From NCBI GenBank assembly GCA_918234285.1, contig CAKJXZ020000010.1, positions 32,001 through 96,000 of the forward strand: a DNA stretch of 64,000 nt. The letters run 5' to 3'. The position numbers and the translations under genes were made by a program. The stretch is from Pseudomonadota bacterium. Lineage in GTDB: Bacteria > Pseudomonadota > Alphaproteobacteria > RF32 > CAG-239. The notes below the pieces were generated by a model. It did not search any database. It was not told the DNA's origin and saw only the letters and a program-made list of their open reading frames with translations. Below, one piece after another: positions 8,238-18,340 of the stretch; the first letter of the stretch is position 1, and every line of letters begins with the position of its first letter.

Positions 8238-9497
8238 TTATTTTTTGTTTTTTATACAAAAACATATTATAATTAAGCTAGGTACGCTCATACAGGCAGA
8301 TATTATAAAAAATATCTTCCATCCGACATAAGCGGCAACCACACCGCTGGTTGATGAAAAAATATCGCGGGAAGCACCCATTACCGACGATAAAAGTGCA
8401 TATTGAGTCGCTGTATATGATTTATTACATAAAGAAGAAATATAAGCCACCAAAGCCGTCGTTGCTAAACCGGAAATAAAATTTTCCACCGTTACCACAA
8501 TTATAAACAGAGGCATATTATGTCCGTACATGGCTTGTAAAGAAAAAAGCATTGTTGATAAACATTGTAATATTCCAAAATATAACAAACCATTTTTAAG
8601 ACCTATTTTATTTATAATCAATCCGCCGATAATACCGCCGCTGATGGCTGCAATCATACCATAAAGTTTCATTACGTTGGCTATTTCTATTTTGGTAAAT
8701 CCCATATCATCATAAAAAGGATTTATAACCGGATTAAAATAAGCATTACTTAAATGATACGTAAAAATAAGCAATAAAATCCAACCCCAATTTTGGTTTT
8801 GAATAAAGTTTTTCAACGGTTCCATTACCGAATCATTAAAAAATTCGGCTATACTTCTTTTTTGTTTTCTGTAAGTATATTCAACAGCTTCCGATGTATA
8901 TAAAATTGCTGCCAAACCTATAAAAATACCACATGCCATAAATTTATATGCGGTATTCCAATCAAAAAGAGCCGCCAAATAAAGCGCACCGGCACCTGAA
9001 TAAATCAACCCCAAGCGATATCCCAATACAAATATTGCTACTCCGTTTGCCTGTCTATCCGGATTTTTTTCAAAACATTCTACACGATATGCATCAAGAA
9101 CTATATCTTGTGAAGCCGATAAAAAAGCGGTAATAAAAGCCAAAAAAGCCATTAGACCGGTGTTTTTTGCCGGATTTATACATGACATCATAAAAATAGC
9201 AGAAAATAAGCATATTTGAATTATCAAAGCCCAAGAACGGCGTCTACCCATTTTATATATATATGGTAATTTTGTGTTATCAATAAACGGTGACCATAAC
9301 CATTTTACGGAATAAGGTATTTTTACTAAAGAATATCCGCCGATTAAAGCTAAAGCTATACCTGCTTGTTTTAACCATAATGTAAGAGTACCGAAAACCA
9401 ATAAAAAAGGAAAACCGCTGGAAAACCCCAGAGCCAATAATATAAGCATTTGTTTATTTATATATATATCTTTTATTTTTTGTAAGTATTTAAGCAT
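8238..9497 (-). CDS. ampG: AmpG family muropeptide MFS transporter
   Basis: LGFSSGFP, KWLWSPFID, GRRRSW, SASQDIVLDAYR, YTATQYALLSS. Confidence 0.93.
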   Translation of the reverse strand: MLKYLQKIKDIYINKQMLILLALGFSSGFPFLLVFGTLTLWLKQAGIALALIGGYSLVKIPYSVKWLWSPFIDNTKLPYIYKMGRRRSWALIIQICLFSAIFMMSCINPAKNTGLMAFLAFITAFLSASQDIVLDAYRVECFEKNPDRQANGVAIFVLGYRLGLIYSGAGALYLAALFDWNTAYKFMACGIFIGLAAILYTSEAVEYTYRKQKRSIAEFFNDSVMEPLKNFIQNQNWGWILLLIFTYHLSNAYFNPVINPFYDDMGFTKIEIANVMKLYGMIAAISGGIIGGLIINKIGLKNGLLYFGILQCLSTMLFSLQAMYGHNMPLFIIVVTVENFISGLATTALVAYISSLCNKSYTATQYALLSSVMGASRDIFSSTSGVVAAYVGWKIFFIISACMSVPSLIIICFCIKNKK

Positions 9498-10194
9498 CTT
9501 TTTTTATTTCATCATTTAACCATAGCGGATTTTTTATATTTTTTTCCAAAAACGCTCGATGTTCAGCTATTTCCTCGGCCGATAAATCAAAATGTCTTTC
9601 AATTATATTTACCTTTGAATTTGTTTTTATTTTATTAATTTTTATATTATTTTCCATGGTAAATAATCCGGAACTTTCATCGCCGTATAATAACTTATAA
9701 TACACTTCATATAATAACTGTGCATCAAGTAAAGCACCGTGAAAAGTACGCGCCGAATCATCTACACCAAACCTCTTACATAAATCTTCCAATCTATTAT
9801 GTTGCCCCGGAAATTTTTTACGTGCTATAGCTAAAGTATCTATAATTCTGTCGCTGTCCTCATACGTTTTAAAACCGCATTTTTTCAGTTCCATATTAAT
9901 AAAATTCATATCAAAAGACGCATTATGAGCTACAAAAATACCGTCATCACCCACAAAATCCACCCATTTTTGCGCAATTTCATAAAATTTAGGCTTATTA
10001 ATCAATTCTTCATTGGTAATACCGTGAATAGCTATAACTTCTTCCGACATTTCTCTTTCCGGATTTATATATTCGTGAAAAGTTTTTCCCGTCGGAATGT
10101 GATCTATAAGTTCAAGTGCACCTATTTCAACTATTCTGTCTCCGTGTTCCGGAAATCTGCCGGTGGTTTCGGTATCAAAGCATATTTCTCTCAT
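9490..10194 (-). CDS. dnaQ: DNA polymerase III epsilon subunit
   Basis: DTETTG, VAHNASFD and HGALLDA DEDDh motifs. Confidence 0.95.
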   Translation of the reverse strand: MREICFDTETTGRFPEHGDRIVEIGALELIDHIPTGKTFHEYINPEREMSEEVIAIHGITNEELINKPKFYEIAQKWVDFVGDDGIFVAHNASFDMNFINMELKKCGFKTYEDSDRIIDTLAIARKKFPGQHNRLEDLCKRFGVDDSARTFHGALLDAQLLYEVYYKLLYGDESSGLFTMENNIKINKIKTNSKVNIIERHFDLSAEEIAEHRAFLEKNIKNPLWLNDEIKKDA

Positions 10195-10772
10195 TATAAT
10201 ATCTCATCCATAAATTGCATTATCTGTACTTTATTTATATTTTCCGGTTCACCGGTATTTATTATTATATCAGCCATTTCTCTTTTTTCAGTTTGAGAAA
10301 TTTGTACTTTTATTATTTTATAAAAATCTTCTTCCGATATATTATCTCTTTTCATAACTCTTTGTTTTTGTGTTTCTTCATCTATATCTGCAATTATTAT
10401 ATAATCACAATAAATATCCCAGTTTTTTTCAAAAAGTAAAGCAGCATCAAAAAATATAACATCGGTATTACGACTGAATTTATTAATAACGGTTTTTATT
10501 TTCTTTTTTAAAAACGGATGCACTATCTGTTCTAATTTTTGCAGTTGATATTTATTATTAAATACCAAATTACGTAGACTTCTTTTATTAAAAACACCGT
10601 TTTCGAAGGTTGTCGGAAAATTTTGTTTTATTATATTTAAAAATTCGGATTTTTTATAAAAGTCACGTACCCATTTATCGGGATTATATACAACGAATCC
10701 CATCTTTTTTATTATATTAGCTAAATAAGTTTTGCCGCAGCCGATGGAGCCGGTTATACCTATTATTATCAT
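10194..10772 (-). CDS. coaE: Dephospho-CoA kinase
   Basis: IIGITGSIGCGKT P-loop and LEQIVHP; coupled to dnaQ. Confidence 0.95.
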   Translation of the reverse strand: MIIIGITGSIGCGKTYLANIIKKMGFVVYNPDKWVRDFYKKSEFLNIIKQNFPTTFENGVFNKRSLRNLVFNNKYQLQKLEQIVHPFLKKKIKTVINKFSRNTDVIFFDAALLFEKNWDIYCDYIIIADIDEETQKQRVMKRDNISEEDFYKIIKVQISQTEKREMADIIINTGEPENINKVQIMQFMDEIL

Positions 10773-10779
10773 TTTTTTC

Positions 10780-11120
10780 CTTTAATCATAAAGTTATGTA
10801 TTTTATACACATATACACCATAAAATGTGTATAAAAAAAGCGCTTAAAAAATTTCTAGCAAATTGTATACATATTGTAAAAAAATTAAGAACAGTTATTC
10901 ACATGTTCATAAAAATTTACACATATTGTTAATTATGTTTATATTTTTATTAACTATTTTTTAACTTATTGAATCATTAAAAATTTATTAATAAAAAAAC
11001 ATATCAGATATAAACATATTAATAACTATATTTTTTAATTAACAAAAATAACAAGGTTATATAATCAATCAAAAATAATTTTTAAATATTTATTTGGGAA
11101 AAATTTTTGTGCAAAATATA
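10780..11120. other. Probable chromosomal replication origin (oriC)
   Basis: Very AT-rich divergent spacer with TTATACACA (10803-10811), TGTGTATAA (10826-10834), TTATTCACA (10895-10903) and TTAA-CTATTTT-TTAAC (10950-10965). Flanked by coaE-dnaQ and rho, which flank oriC in many Alphaproteobacteria. Confidence 0.75.
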
Positions 11121-11149
11121 TTGACTTTTTGTTTTTTATTAAATATAAA
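11121..11149 (+). promoter_or_regulatory. Sigma70 promoter of rho
   Basis: TTGACT-17 nt-TATAAA. Confidence 0.6.
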
Positions 11150-11205
11150 ACACTCAATGAATTTTCAATATTCATTTCTTTTTTAACAATCATAAAAAGG
11201 TTATC

Positions 11206-12459
11206 ATGCATTTAAGAGAATTAAAAGATAAGTCTCCGACTGAGCTTTTGACTCAGGCTGAGGATATGGGAATTGAAGATGCATCTTCCATGCGTGTTCA
11301 GGATTTGGTTTTTGCTATTATGAAAAAACTGGCCGAAGATGATACTGTTATTTGCGGTGACGGTGTTATAGAGGTTATGCAAGACGGTTTTGGTTTTTTA
11401 CGCTCGGTAAAATCTAATTTTTTAGCCAGTGCCGATGATATATATGTATCACCGCAACAGGTTAAAAAATTTGCACTTCGCACCGGTGATTCGGTTGAAG
11501 GTGAAATTCGTGCTCCAAAAGAAAATGAGCGTTATTTTGCCTTAACTAAAATAAATACCATAAATTTTGATGATCCTGAAAAATCTAAAATGCGGGTTAA
11601 CTTTGATAACCTTACACCGCTTTATCCGACAGAAAAGCTTAATTTTGATATTATATGCGGCGATAAAGATTATACCACCAGAGTTATTGATTTAATATCT
11701 CCGCAAGGTAAAGGTCAACGCGGATTAATTGTAGCACCGCCGCGTACCGGTAAAACTGTAATGCTGCAAAATATTGCACATGCGATTGCGATGAATCATC
11801 CGGAAGTATATTTAATGGTACTTTTAATTGATGAGCGTCCGGAAGAAGTTACGGATATGACGCGCTCGGTTAAAGGTGAAGTTATTTCTTCTACATTTGA
11901 TGAACCGGCAACTCGCCATGTTCAGGTCGCGGAAATGTGTATTGAAAAAGCCAAACGTTTGGTGGAAACTAAAAAAGATGTAGTAATTCTTTTGGATTCC
12001 ATAACTCGTTTAGGTCGTGCTTATAATGCGGTTGTACCTTCTTCCGGTAAGGTTTTAACAGGTGGTGTTGATGCTAATGCTTTACAACGTCCGAAACGTT
12101 TGTTAGGTGCGGCGCGTAACGTGGAAGAAGGCGGTTCTTTAACTATTATTGCCACAGCATTGATTGATACCGGCTCGCGTATGGATGAAGTTATTTTTGA
12201 AGAGTTTAAAGGTACAGGTAATTCGGAAATTATATTGGATAGAAAATTAACCGATAAGCGTTTGTTCCCTACTATTGATATAACTCGTTCCGGCACACGT
12301 AAAGAAGAACTTTTGGTGGATAAAGCCACTCTTACCAAAATGTGGGTGTTACGTCGCGTACTGATGCAAATGGGTATGACCGACGGTATGGAATTTTTAT
12401 TAGATAAACTCAGAAATTCTAAAGATAATAATGACTTTTTCCAAAATATGAACTCATAA
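11206..12459 (+). CDS. rho: Transcription termination factor Rho
   Basis: [42 protein letters not shown]. Confidence 0.99.
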   Translation: MHLRELKDKSPTELLTQAEDMGIEDASSMRVQDLVFAIMKKLAEDDTVICGDGVIEVMQDGFGFLRSVKSNFLASADDIYVSPQQVKKFALRTGDSVEGEIRAPKENERYFALTKINTINFDDPEKSKMRVNFDNLTPLYPTEKLNFDIICGDKDYTTRVIDLISPQGKGQRGLIVAPPRTGKTVMLQNIAHAIAMNHPEVYLMVLLIDERPEEVTDMTRSVKGEVISSTFDEPATRHVQVAEMCIEKAKRLVETKKDVVILLDSITRLGRAYNAVVPSSGKVLTGGVDANALQRPKRLLGAARNVEEGGSLTIIATALIDTGSRMDEVIFEEFKGTGNSEIILDRKLTDKRLFPTIDITRSGTRKEELLVDKATLTKMWVLRRVLMQMGMTDGMEFLLDKLRNSKDNNDFFQNMNS

Positions 12460-12461
12460 TT

Positions 12462-12995
12462 TTATAAGTCTTTATTGCGGCGTAAAAGTATATATAAAGC
12501 GCCTTGACCGCCGTGTCTTTCCGACGGATTTTTAAAAACCAATATCATTGAACGAATCCGAGGCATATTAAGCCATTGCGGAGTTTGTCGCTTTAAAACT
12601 CCTTTCGGTGCGTAAATATCATCATTTTGATGTATATTGCCTTTTCCTGTGATCACAACTACGCAGCGTTTACCTTGATTATAGCACGAAGTGATGAAAT
12701 CCTCGACTTTTTCAAAAGCATCATCTTCCTTATAACCGTGCAGATCAAGGACGGCTTCTATCGGAAATTCTTCTTTTTTAAATTTATTGAGAGTATTTTT
12801 ATCTATGCCACCTAACTCCATATCTTCTAAATTTTTAGAATAAGTGGAAAACTCTTGTTTGACGGCGTATTGACGATGATTTCTTATTTTTATCTCCGGT
12901 TGAGGTTTATTTTCAACCGTATTTATAATAGGAGATGGATTAATATCTTTAATTGTTTCAAGCCAAAACAATTCATCTTCTTTATCGGGTAACAT
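12462..12995 (-). CDS. Smr/MutS2 domain protein
   Basis: LDLHG, VITGKG, HGGQGALYILLR. Confidence 0.93.
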   Translation of the reverse strand: MLPDKEDELFWLETIKDINPSPIINTVENKPQPEIKIRNHRQYAVKQEFSTYSKNLEDMELGGIDKNTLNKFKKEEFPIEAVLDLHGYKEDDAFEKVEDFITSCYNQGKRCVVVITGKGNIHQNDDIYAPKGVLKRQTPQWLNMPRIRSMILVFKNPSERHGGQGALYILLRRNKDL

Positions 12996-12997
12996 TT

Positions 12998-14200
12998 TTA
13001 ATTAACCTTCACTGAAGATTCTTTAGGTAAAATAATGAAATATTTTCCGACAGAATTCATACGACCGGCATATTTAAGCGCCTCCTCGCCGTGTCCCCAA
13101 AAATAATCGCCGCGTACCACGCCTTTAATGGCACTACCTATATCTTGCGCAAATACAATTTTATTTATATTACGTTTATCCGGACTTAAAGTATCAAGCC
13201 AAAGCATGGAGCTGAGAGGAATATAGCGTGTATCAACCGCCAAACTGCGACCGGCAGTTAAAGAAACACCATAGGCACCGAGCGGTCCGTCGGCGGTATT
13301 TATTTTTTGAAAAATAAATCTTTCATTTTCCGCCATTAAATCTTGTGCTTTATCCGGATTTTTGCGCAACCATTCGCGAATTTTAGGCATAGAAGAATCT
13401 TCTGGTTTTATCAGACCTTTGTTTATCAATATACTACCTATACCCTTAAATTTATGTCCGTTGTTGTCGGCATATCCGATTCTGATTTCGCTGCCGTCAT
13501 CCATTTTAGCCACAGCCGAACCCTGAATCTGCATAAAATGAATGTCAACCAAATCATCACCCCAAACAATTACCGGTGCAGAAATACCGTTGTTTTCAAT
13601 GTCGCGACGATTATAATAAGGCACAAATTTGTTATTAACCACACGTCCGACTAAACGAGTATTAGGTAAATCTTTATCAAAATCATGTAAATTAAGCTCA
13701 ATTAAATCGTTCGGTTTTCCATAAACCGGATATTTGTATCTGTTGCTTTTGGTATAAGATGCATTTATAACCGCTTCGTAATAAGAGGTAAATTTTCCTT
13801 CAGCTTTACCATTGTCGGTAACGGCATAAGGTATGAATTCAGACTCGATAAAACTTTTCATCTCAGCCGAGGTTTTAATGTTTTTATTATTGAATTTATT
13901 ACACTTGTTTTGTAAATCTGCCGCAGGTATTTTTAAGTTTTCGCTGCTGATGTAGGTATTTTTACTTTTAAGTATTTGAGTACAGTTCTTTTTAAAAACC
14001 GGAATAACTTCGCTGAAATTTTCGCTGTTCCAGCCGGATAAATCGGAAAAAGCTACTTTTTTTATCTGCATATCACCGGATATATCCGTGATAGCGGATT
14101 TTTTAGAACAACCGTTAATATTACATATAATAAGTGCGACAGCAGCAAGATTAAGCGCTTTTTTTGGTTGAAACCAATGTCCAATTTTTATTTTTTGCAT
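12998..14200 (-). CDS. mltA: Membrane-bound lytic murein transglycosylase A
   Basis: Lipoprotein-like N-terminus, FTSYYE, MQIQGS, SLAVD, AQDIGSAIKG..RGDYFWGHG. Start is uncertain. Confidence 0.92.
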   Translation of the reverse strand: MQKIKIGHWFQPKKALNLAAVALIICNINGCSKKSAITDISGDMQIKKVAFSDLSGWNSENFSEVIPVFKKNCTQILKSKNTYISSENLKIPAADLQNKCNKFNNKNIKTSAEMKSFIESEFIPYAVTDNGKAEGKFTSYYEAVINASYTKSNRYKYPVYGKPNDLIELNLHDFDKDLPNTRLVGRVVNNKFVPYYNRRDIENNGISAPVIVWGDDLVDIHFMQIQGSAVAKMDDGSEIRIGYADNNGHKFKGIGSILINKGLIKPEDSSMPKIREWLRKNPDKAQDLMAENERFIFQKINTADGPLGAYGVSLTAGRSLAVDTRYIPLSSMLWLDTLSPDKRNINKIVFAQDIGSAIKGVVRGDYFWGHGEEALKYAGRMNSVGKYFIILPKESSVKVN

Positions 14201-14804
14201 TGAAAAGTCTTTCAAAAGTCCATACATCGGTGATATTTTGCACAAAGTTTTCATCACCTTCAATGATTTTTCCGGTAGCATCTTTTAAGATATTTATTTG
14301 TTCGCTTTCAAACTCCACAATAACTTTAACACTGTTTTTCAAGAGTTTTATATCTTTTATTTCACTTTTTTTAAAGCAGATAAAATCAACTTCAGAAGTT
14401 ATATTGTTTTCTTTTCTGAACAGCAGAACTTTATTAAAAGCGTCCCAAATTTTTTTACTGACCAATCCTTTTATATTTTCGATATTACCGGTGCTGAAAG
14501 ATTGTAATACCATTTCAAAAACCCGGCAAGCTCCCTGTAAAAATTTATCTTTATTAAAATCGCCGATTTTATCGGTATTATAGCTTTTATCGTTTGCACT
14601 ATCAATAGTTATGATTGTATCTTTTTTATTTTCTTTGATTATTTGTTTTATATTTTCCATAACATCTTTATCCGTATTATCAATAGGTTTTATAATAACG
14701 CGGATATTTTTTTCGTTACCGTGCGAACCGAATGCCGCGTATAAACGAGAAATAATAAAAACAACGAGAATCATTAAAAAGATTATATCAATAAAAGACA
14801 CCAT
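14151..14804 (-). CDS. Tim44/TimA family adaptor protein
   Basis: N-terminal TM helix, FNKDKFLQGA, DVWTFER...NWTL; tim44-mltA-smr synteny. Confidence 0.88.
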   Translation of the reverse strand: MVSFIDIIFLMILVVFIISRLYAAFGSHGNEKNIRVIIKPIDNTDKDVMENIKQIIKENKKDTIITIDSANDKSYNTDKIGDFNKDKFLQGACRVFEMVLQSFSTGNIENIKGLVSKKIWDAFNKVLLFRKENNITSEVDFICFKKSEIKDIKLLKNSVKVIVEFESEQINILKDATGKIIEGDENFVQNITDVWTFERLFNAKNKNWTLVSTKKSA

Positions 14805-14934
14805 TTTATTTATCCTAAATTTAGTTCTGCTACAAATATAATAACAAAAAATTTTTTAATCAACATAAAATATTTGACGTATTTAAATTTTAGTATTATT
14901 TGTATAGAAAATTTTGCAAGAAAAGGAGAAAAAA

Positions 14935-15423
14935 ATGGCAAAAGAAGAAAAAAAGGAAAATACCGTTAACGTTGAACAACCTGAAGGTATTATGATTCAC
15001 AGTCAATATGTTAAAGATATGTCTTTAGAAATTCCGTTTGCACCGGAAATTTTCAAAGAGATGAATCAAAATCCGAATGTGCATATTGATATCAGCTTAG
15101 CTAACAGATCCATCGAAAAAGATATTTTCGAAGTTGCTTTGACCGCAAAAATCAATGCTGATTTGGGCGAAAAGAAACTCTTTATTTTGGAATTGACTTA
15201 TGCTTGCTTGGCAACAGTAAGAGTTCCGGCCGAACATTTGGAACCGATATTGTTTGTAGAATTACCGCGCATGTTGTTCCCGTTCGTTCGCTCGATTATT
15301 GCCAACAATATGTCGGAAGCCGGATTGCCGGCAATGCTTATCAGCCCGATAGACTTTATTGCTCTTTATAATGCAAAAAAAGCTAAAGAAGCTGAAAAAG
15401 CCGAAAAAGACGAGAAAAAATAA
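14935..15423 (+). CDS. secB: Protein-export chaperone SecB
   Basis: QYVKDMSLEIP, LFPFVRSII, PIDFIALY. Confidence 0.93.
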   Translation: MAKEEKKENTVNVEQPEGIMIHSQYVKDMSLEIPFAPEIFKEMNQNPNVHIDISLANRSIEKDIFEVALTAKINADLGEKKLFILELTYACLATVRVPAEHLEPILFVELPRMLFPFVRSIIANNMSEAGLPAMLISPIDFIALYNAKKAKEAEKAEKDEKK

Positions 15424-15438
15424 GAAGAATTTCCGACG

Positions 15439-15909
15439 ATGCGTTTAGCATTATATCAACCGGATATTCCGCAAAATACAGGCACGCTCCTTCGTTTGGG
15501 AGCGTGTTTGGATTTGGCGGTGGATATTATAGAACCATGCGGATTTTTATTTAATGAAAAAGCCATGCGCCGCGCCGGAATGGACTATTTGGAATTTGTA
15601 AAATATCGTCGCCACGATTCTTGGGAGGATTTTTTGGCTTATCGCCGGGGGAATCCGCAAGAATACGGGCGAATTATATTATTAACCACCAAAGGAAATA
15701 TTTCTTTTTTGGATTTTGAATTTAAGCCTAATGATATTATTTTAATGGGGCGCGAGAGTGCCGGTGTGCCGGAAAATGTGCATAATTTGGCCGATGCTCA
15801 ACTGCTTATTCCGATGAATCCGCAGGCACGCTCGATTAATATGGCGGTTTCCGCAGCCATGGCCGTAACCGAGGGTTTGCGGCAAATCGGCGGTTTTCCC
15901 AAAATATAA
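15439..15909 (+). CDS. trmL: tRNA (cytidine(34)-2'-O)-methyltransferase
   Basis: YQPDIPQNTG, RRAGMDY, GRESAGVP, RSINMA (SPOUT family). Confidence 0.93.
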   Translation: MRLALYQPDIPQNTGTLLRLGACLDLAVDIIEPCGFLFNEKAMRRAGMDYLEFVKYRRHDSWEDFLAYRRGNPQEYGRIILLTTKGNISFLDFEFKPNDIILMGRESAGVPENVHNLADAQLLIPMNPQARSINMAVSAAMAVTEGLRQIGGFPKI

Positions 15910-15936
15910 CAAATCGGTGGTTTTCCCAAAATATAA
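15883..15936. repeat. 27-bp tandem duplication of the trmL 3' end
   Basis: CAAATCGGCGGTTTTCCCAAAATATAA followed directly by CAAATCGGTGGTTTTCCCAAAATATAA (1 mismatch). Confidence 0.92.
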
Positions 15937-15993
15937 AAAATAATTGAACAGTTTTGCTTTTTGTGGTATATTCCCCACAAAGGGATAAAGAAG

Positions 15994-17040
15994 ATGATTG
16001 ATTATATTTATTCGCCGCGTTTGGTAATTGCTGCAAAACGCGATTATGCGGTTGAAGGAAATCTGTTAAATGCCGCATTTATGAGTGCCGTTATGCATGA
16101 CGGCGATGCCGTGCGCAAGTTGGTACATAATGCCAGAATGGAAGGGCCGGATATTATGCGTTCGCTTTATCGTTATTATGCCGAGCATCGTGATAAAGAA
16201 ATTTTGTGGAACGAAATTAATAAAATAAATGAAAAATCGGTAAATTACGGTGAATGCGGTATTTATGCCGATACGGATAAAAACGGCAATAAAATAATTT
16301 ATGATTACGGTTGCAGTTTGCGCGGCGGGGAATCGTTTTGGGCTGATTTATCTTATTATGATAAAAGACATAATGTGTATAGCGGCAACAACGAGCAAAA
16401 AAACGTCAGTGTGGCCGAAGTTTTAAAAGATACAATCAACTTTAAGACTTATGTGCAAAACAGGCAGCCAAAAACTCCGAACGAAAAACTTAATTTGCTG
16501 TTGCAAAATCTGTTTTATGCCAAATATTACGGCGAAAAGGAGTTCAACGAAGCGACTTATCATAAGGCGTTGCAACTGCTGAACAATGATTTGGAAAATG
16601 CTTTTGCTGCAAAACAAAAACTAAAATCCAAAGATTATATGCCGGCGATAATTTTTTTAGATGAAAAATCGACGCAGGTTTTTGATAAAGTTGATTATTC
16701 AAGGCAACGTGTTTTTTATAAAACCCAAATCGGACAGGAAATTTTGCGTTTCGGTTATTTGACCGCGCTCGGTATTTATGAATTTGAGAAAGAGCCGATG
16801 CACGAGTTTTTGGATGAGGTAAAGTCGCAAGATTTATGGCAGGTGGCACAAAGTGTCATTACCCGAAAATTTGCGCATTGGGGATATCGCAAAAGCGTGG
16901 CGGCGAATCGGTTGTTGGAGTTGAATATAATAAAACCGCAACCACGGGAAAGGCTTTATAAACCTTATTATCAAGCCGATACGGAGCGGGCGGAATATAT
17001 TAATTTATATCTTTACACTAAAACAGCTGAAAAAGAATAA
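15994..17040 (+). CDS. Hypothetical protein
   Basis: 348-aa open frame with ATG after a purine-rich RBS; no family recognised. Confidence 0.75.
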   Translation: MIDYIYSPRLVIAAKRDYAVEGNLLNAAFMSAVMHDGDAVRKLVHNARMEGPDIMRSLYRYYAEHRDKEILWNEINKINEKSVNYGECGIYADTDKNGNKIIYDYGCSLRGGESFWADLSYYDKRHNVYSGNNEQKNVSVAEVLKDTINFKTYVQNRQPKTPNEKLNLLLQNLFYAKYYGEKEFNEATYHKALQLLNNDLENAFAAKQKLKSKDYMPAIIFLDEKSTQVFDKVDYSRQRVFYKTQIGQEILRFGYLTALGIYEFEKEPMHEFLDEVKSQDLWQVAQSVITRKFAHWGYRKSVAANRLLELNIIKPQPRERLYKPYYQADTERAEYINLYLYTKTAEKE

Positions 17041-17383
17041 TCGCGGCAACAACAAAGAAGTGTACGAAAGCCATTAAAACCAGCAGACTGCCTATATCTT
17101 TGGCTTTTTTGGAAAGCGGGTGAAATTCTTCGCCGATGCGGTCGATGACGGTTTCAATCGCCGTGTTGATTAATTCCATAAATAAAATCAAAAAAAGTGA
17201 GAAAAACAGAAAAGCCAAAGCCACGCCGGAAAGTGGTAAAAAACAAAGAACGAATCCGCACAACGTGCAAAAAAGCAAATCCTGACGAAAAGCGGCTTCA
17301 CTTAAAAAAACCGCGACAAAGCCGTCAAAAGAATATTGAAAAGCCTTTAAGATACGCTTGATTCCGGTGTATTCAGATTTCAT
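17018..17383 (-). CDS. dgkA: Diacylglycerol kinase
   Basis: EAAFRQ, ELINTAIETVID, KKAKDIGS. Confidence 0.93.
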   Translation of the reverse strand: MKSEYTGIKRILKAFQYSFDGFVAVFLSEAAFRQDLLFCTLCGFVLCFLPLSGVALAFLFFSLFLILFMELINTAIETVIDRIGEEFHPLSKKAKDIGSLLVLMAFVHFFVVAAIILFQLF

Positions 17384-17544
17384 TTTCTTCTCCGTTTTTT
17401 ATGAGTATATAAAGCTGTTTGCCGCAGTCAAGAAAAATTTGCGGTTTAGAAAATATATCTTGCTTGACAAATGAAATAATACGTTATATCAATGCGCCGT
17501 TATTTTTATTTTTTATAAATTTTGAAGATTATAATTTTAAATAT

Positions 17545-17925
17545 ATGGAAAAACAAAAATTGAATGTCGGCGACATCGTGTTGCGTAACAACGAGTTTTC
17601 ATCGCCGAAAATGCCGATTAAAGCCAAGGGAATTGTGCTGAATCAAAAGTTTTACGTTGATTTGGATTCGCTGATTAAAACTCCGATATCCAAGGAGGAA
17701 GCGTTGGTTTACGGTCGCAAAATGAATATTCTGTTGCCTACCGAAAGGCAAATGAATGTGATAAAGCGCAATATTAACGTGATAAATGAAAGCTTGCTCG
17801 GAATCGGCCGCGGCGATTGTCTGTTGTTTTATGACCATATTCAGGACGAATTTTGGACCAGGCGCAGTGAAGAAACCGGCAGTGAGAGGCGACGCGTTTT
17901 GTTTATTGCCCCGATAAGAAAATAA
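17545..17925 (+). CDS. Hypothetical protein
   Basis: ATG at 17545 downstream of TTGACA (17464), followed by a terminator. Confidence 0.65.
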   Translation: MEKQKLNVGDIVLRNNEFSSPKMPIKAKGIVLNQKFYVDLDSLIKTPISKEEALVYGRKMNILLPTERQMNVIKRNINVINESLLGIGRGDCLLFYDHIQDEFWTRRSEETGSERRRVLFIAPIRK

Positions 17926-17962
17926 AAAAAATCGTATCCGGTTTAAGGATACGATTTTTTTT
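17924..17962. terminator. Bidirectional intrinsic terminator
   Basis: AAAAAAAATCGTATCC-loop-GGATACGATTTTTTTT. Confidence 0.85.
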
Positions 17963-17986
17963 GTTCGCAGTATATGTAGCAGCTTT

Positions 17987-18124
17987 TTACCAGCGCTGCA
18001 TATAATTAGCATCTTTCCACCACTCGGGGTCGAAGATTTTGCATCCGAACAACTTCTTCCCTGCCATCTGACCAAGAATGCCGGCAATCACGCCAAGCAA
18101 CATAAAAATAATACCTTTTTTCAT
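17987..18124 (-). CDS. Small 45-aa membrane protein (not in ORF track)
   Basis: Manual translation: MKKGIIFMLLGVIAGILGQMAGKKLFGCKIFDPEWWKDANYMQRW*. Ends just before the bidirectional terminator. Confidence 0.6.
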   Translation of the reverse strand: MKKGIIFMLLGVIAGILGQMAGKKLFGCKIFDPEWWKDANYMQRW

Positions 18125-18340
18125 ATATATATGGATAATTTGAAATTTTGTATCGTTTCAACAGTACCCAAGGGTACAATAATTTATAAAATATAATAAA
18201 CTGAGAGAGATAATAGGGCAAAAAGCAAAAATAGTCAATAGCAAAAATAAAAAAATTGACAAATGAAAAAATATCGTCTATTTTATAATAAATTTGTATT
18301 ATTTTTTAGAACCCCTGAAAAGGCAGGGTACACAGTTATT

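Noticed and set aside
18006-18221. 71-aa ORF from the track
   Set aside because: A different minus-strand frame (17987-18124) gives a far more protein-like product.
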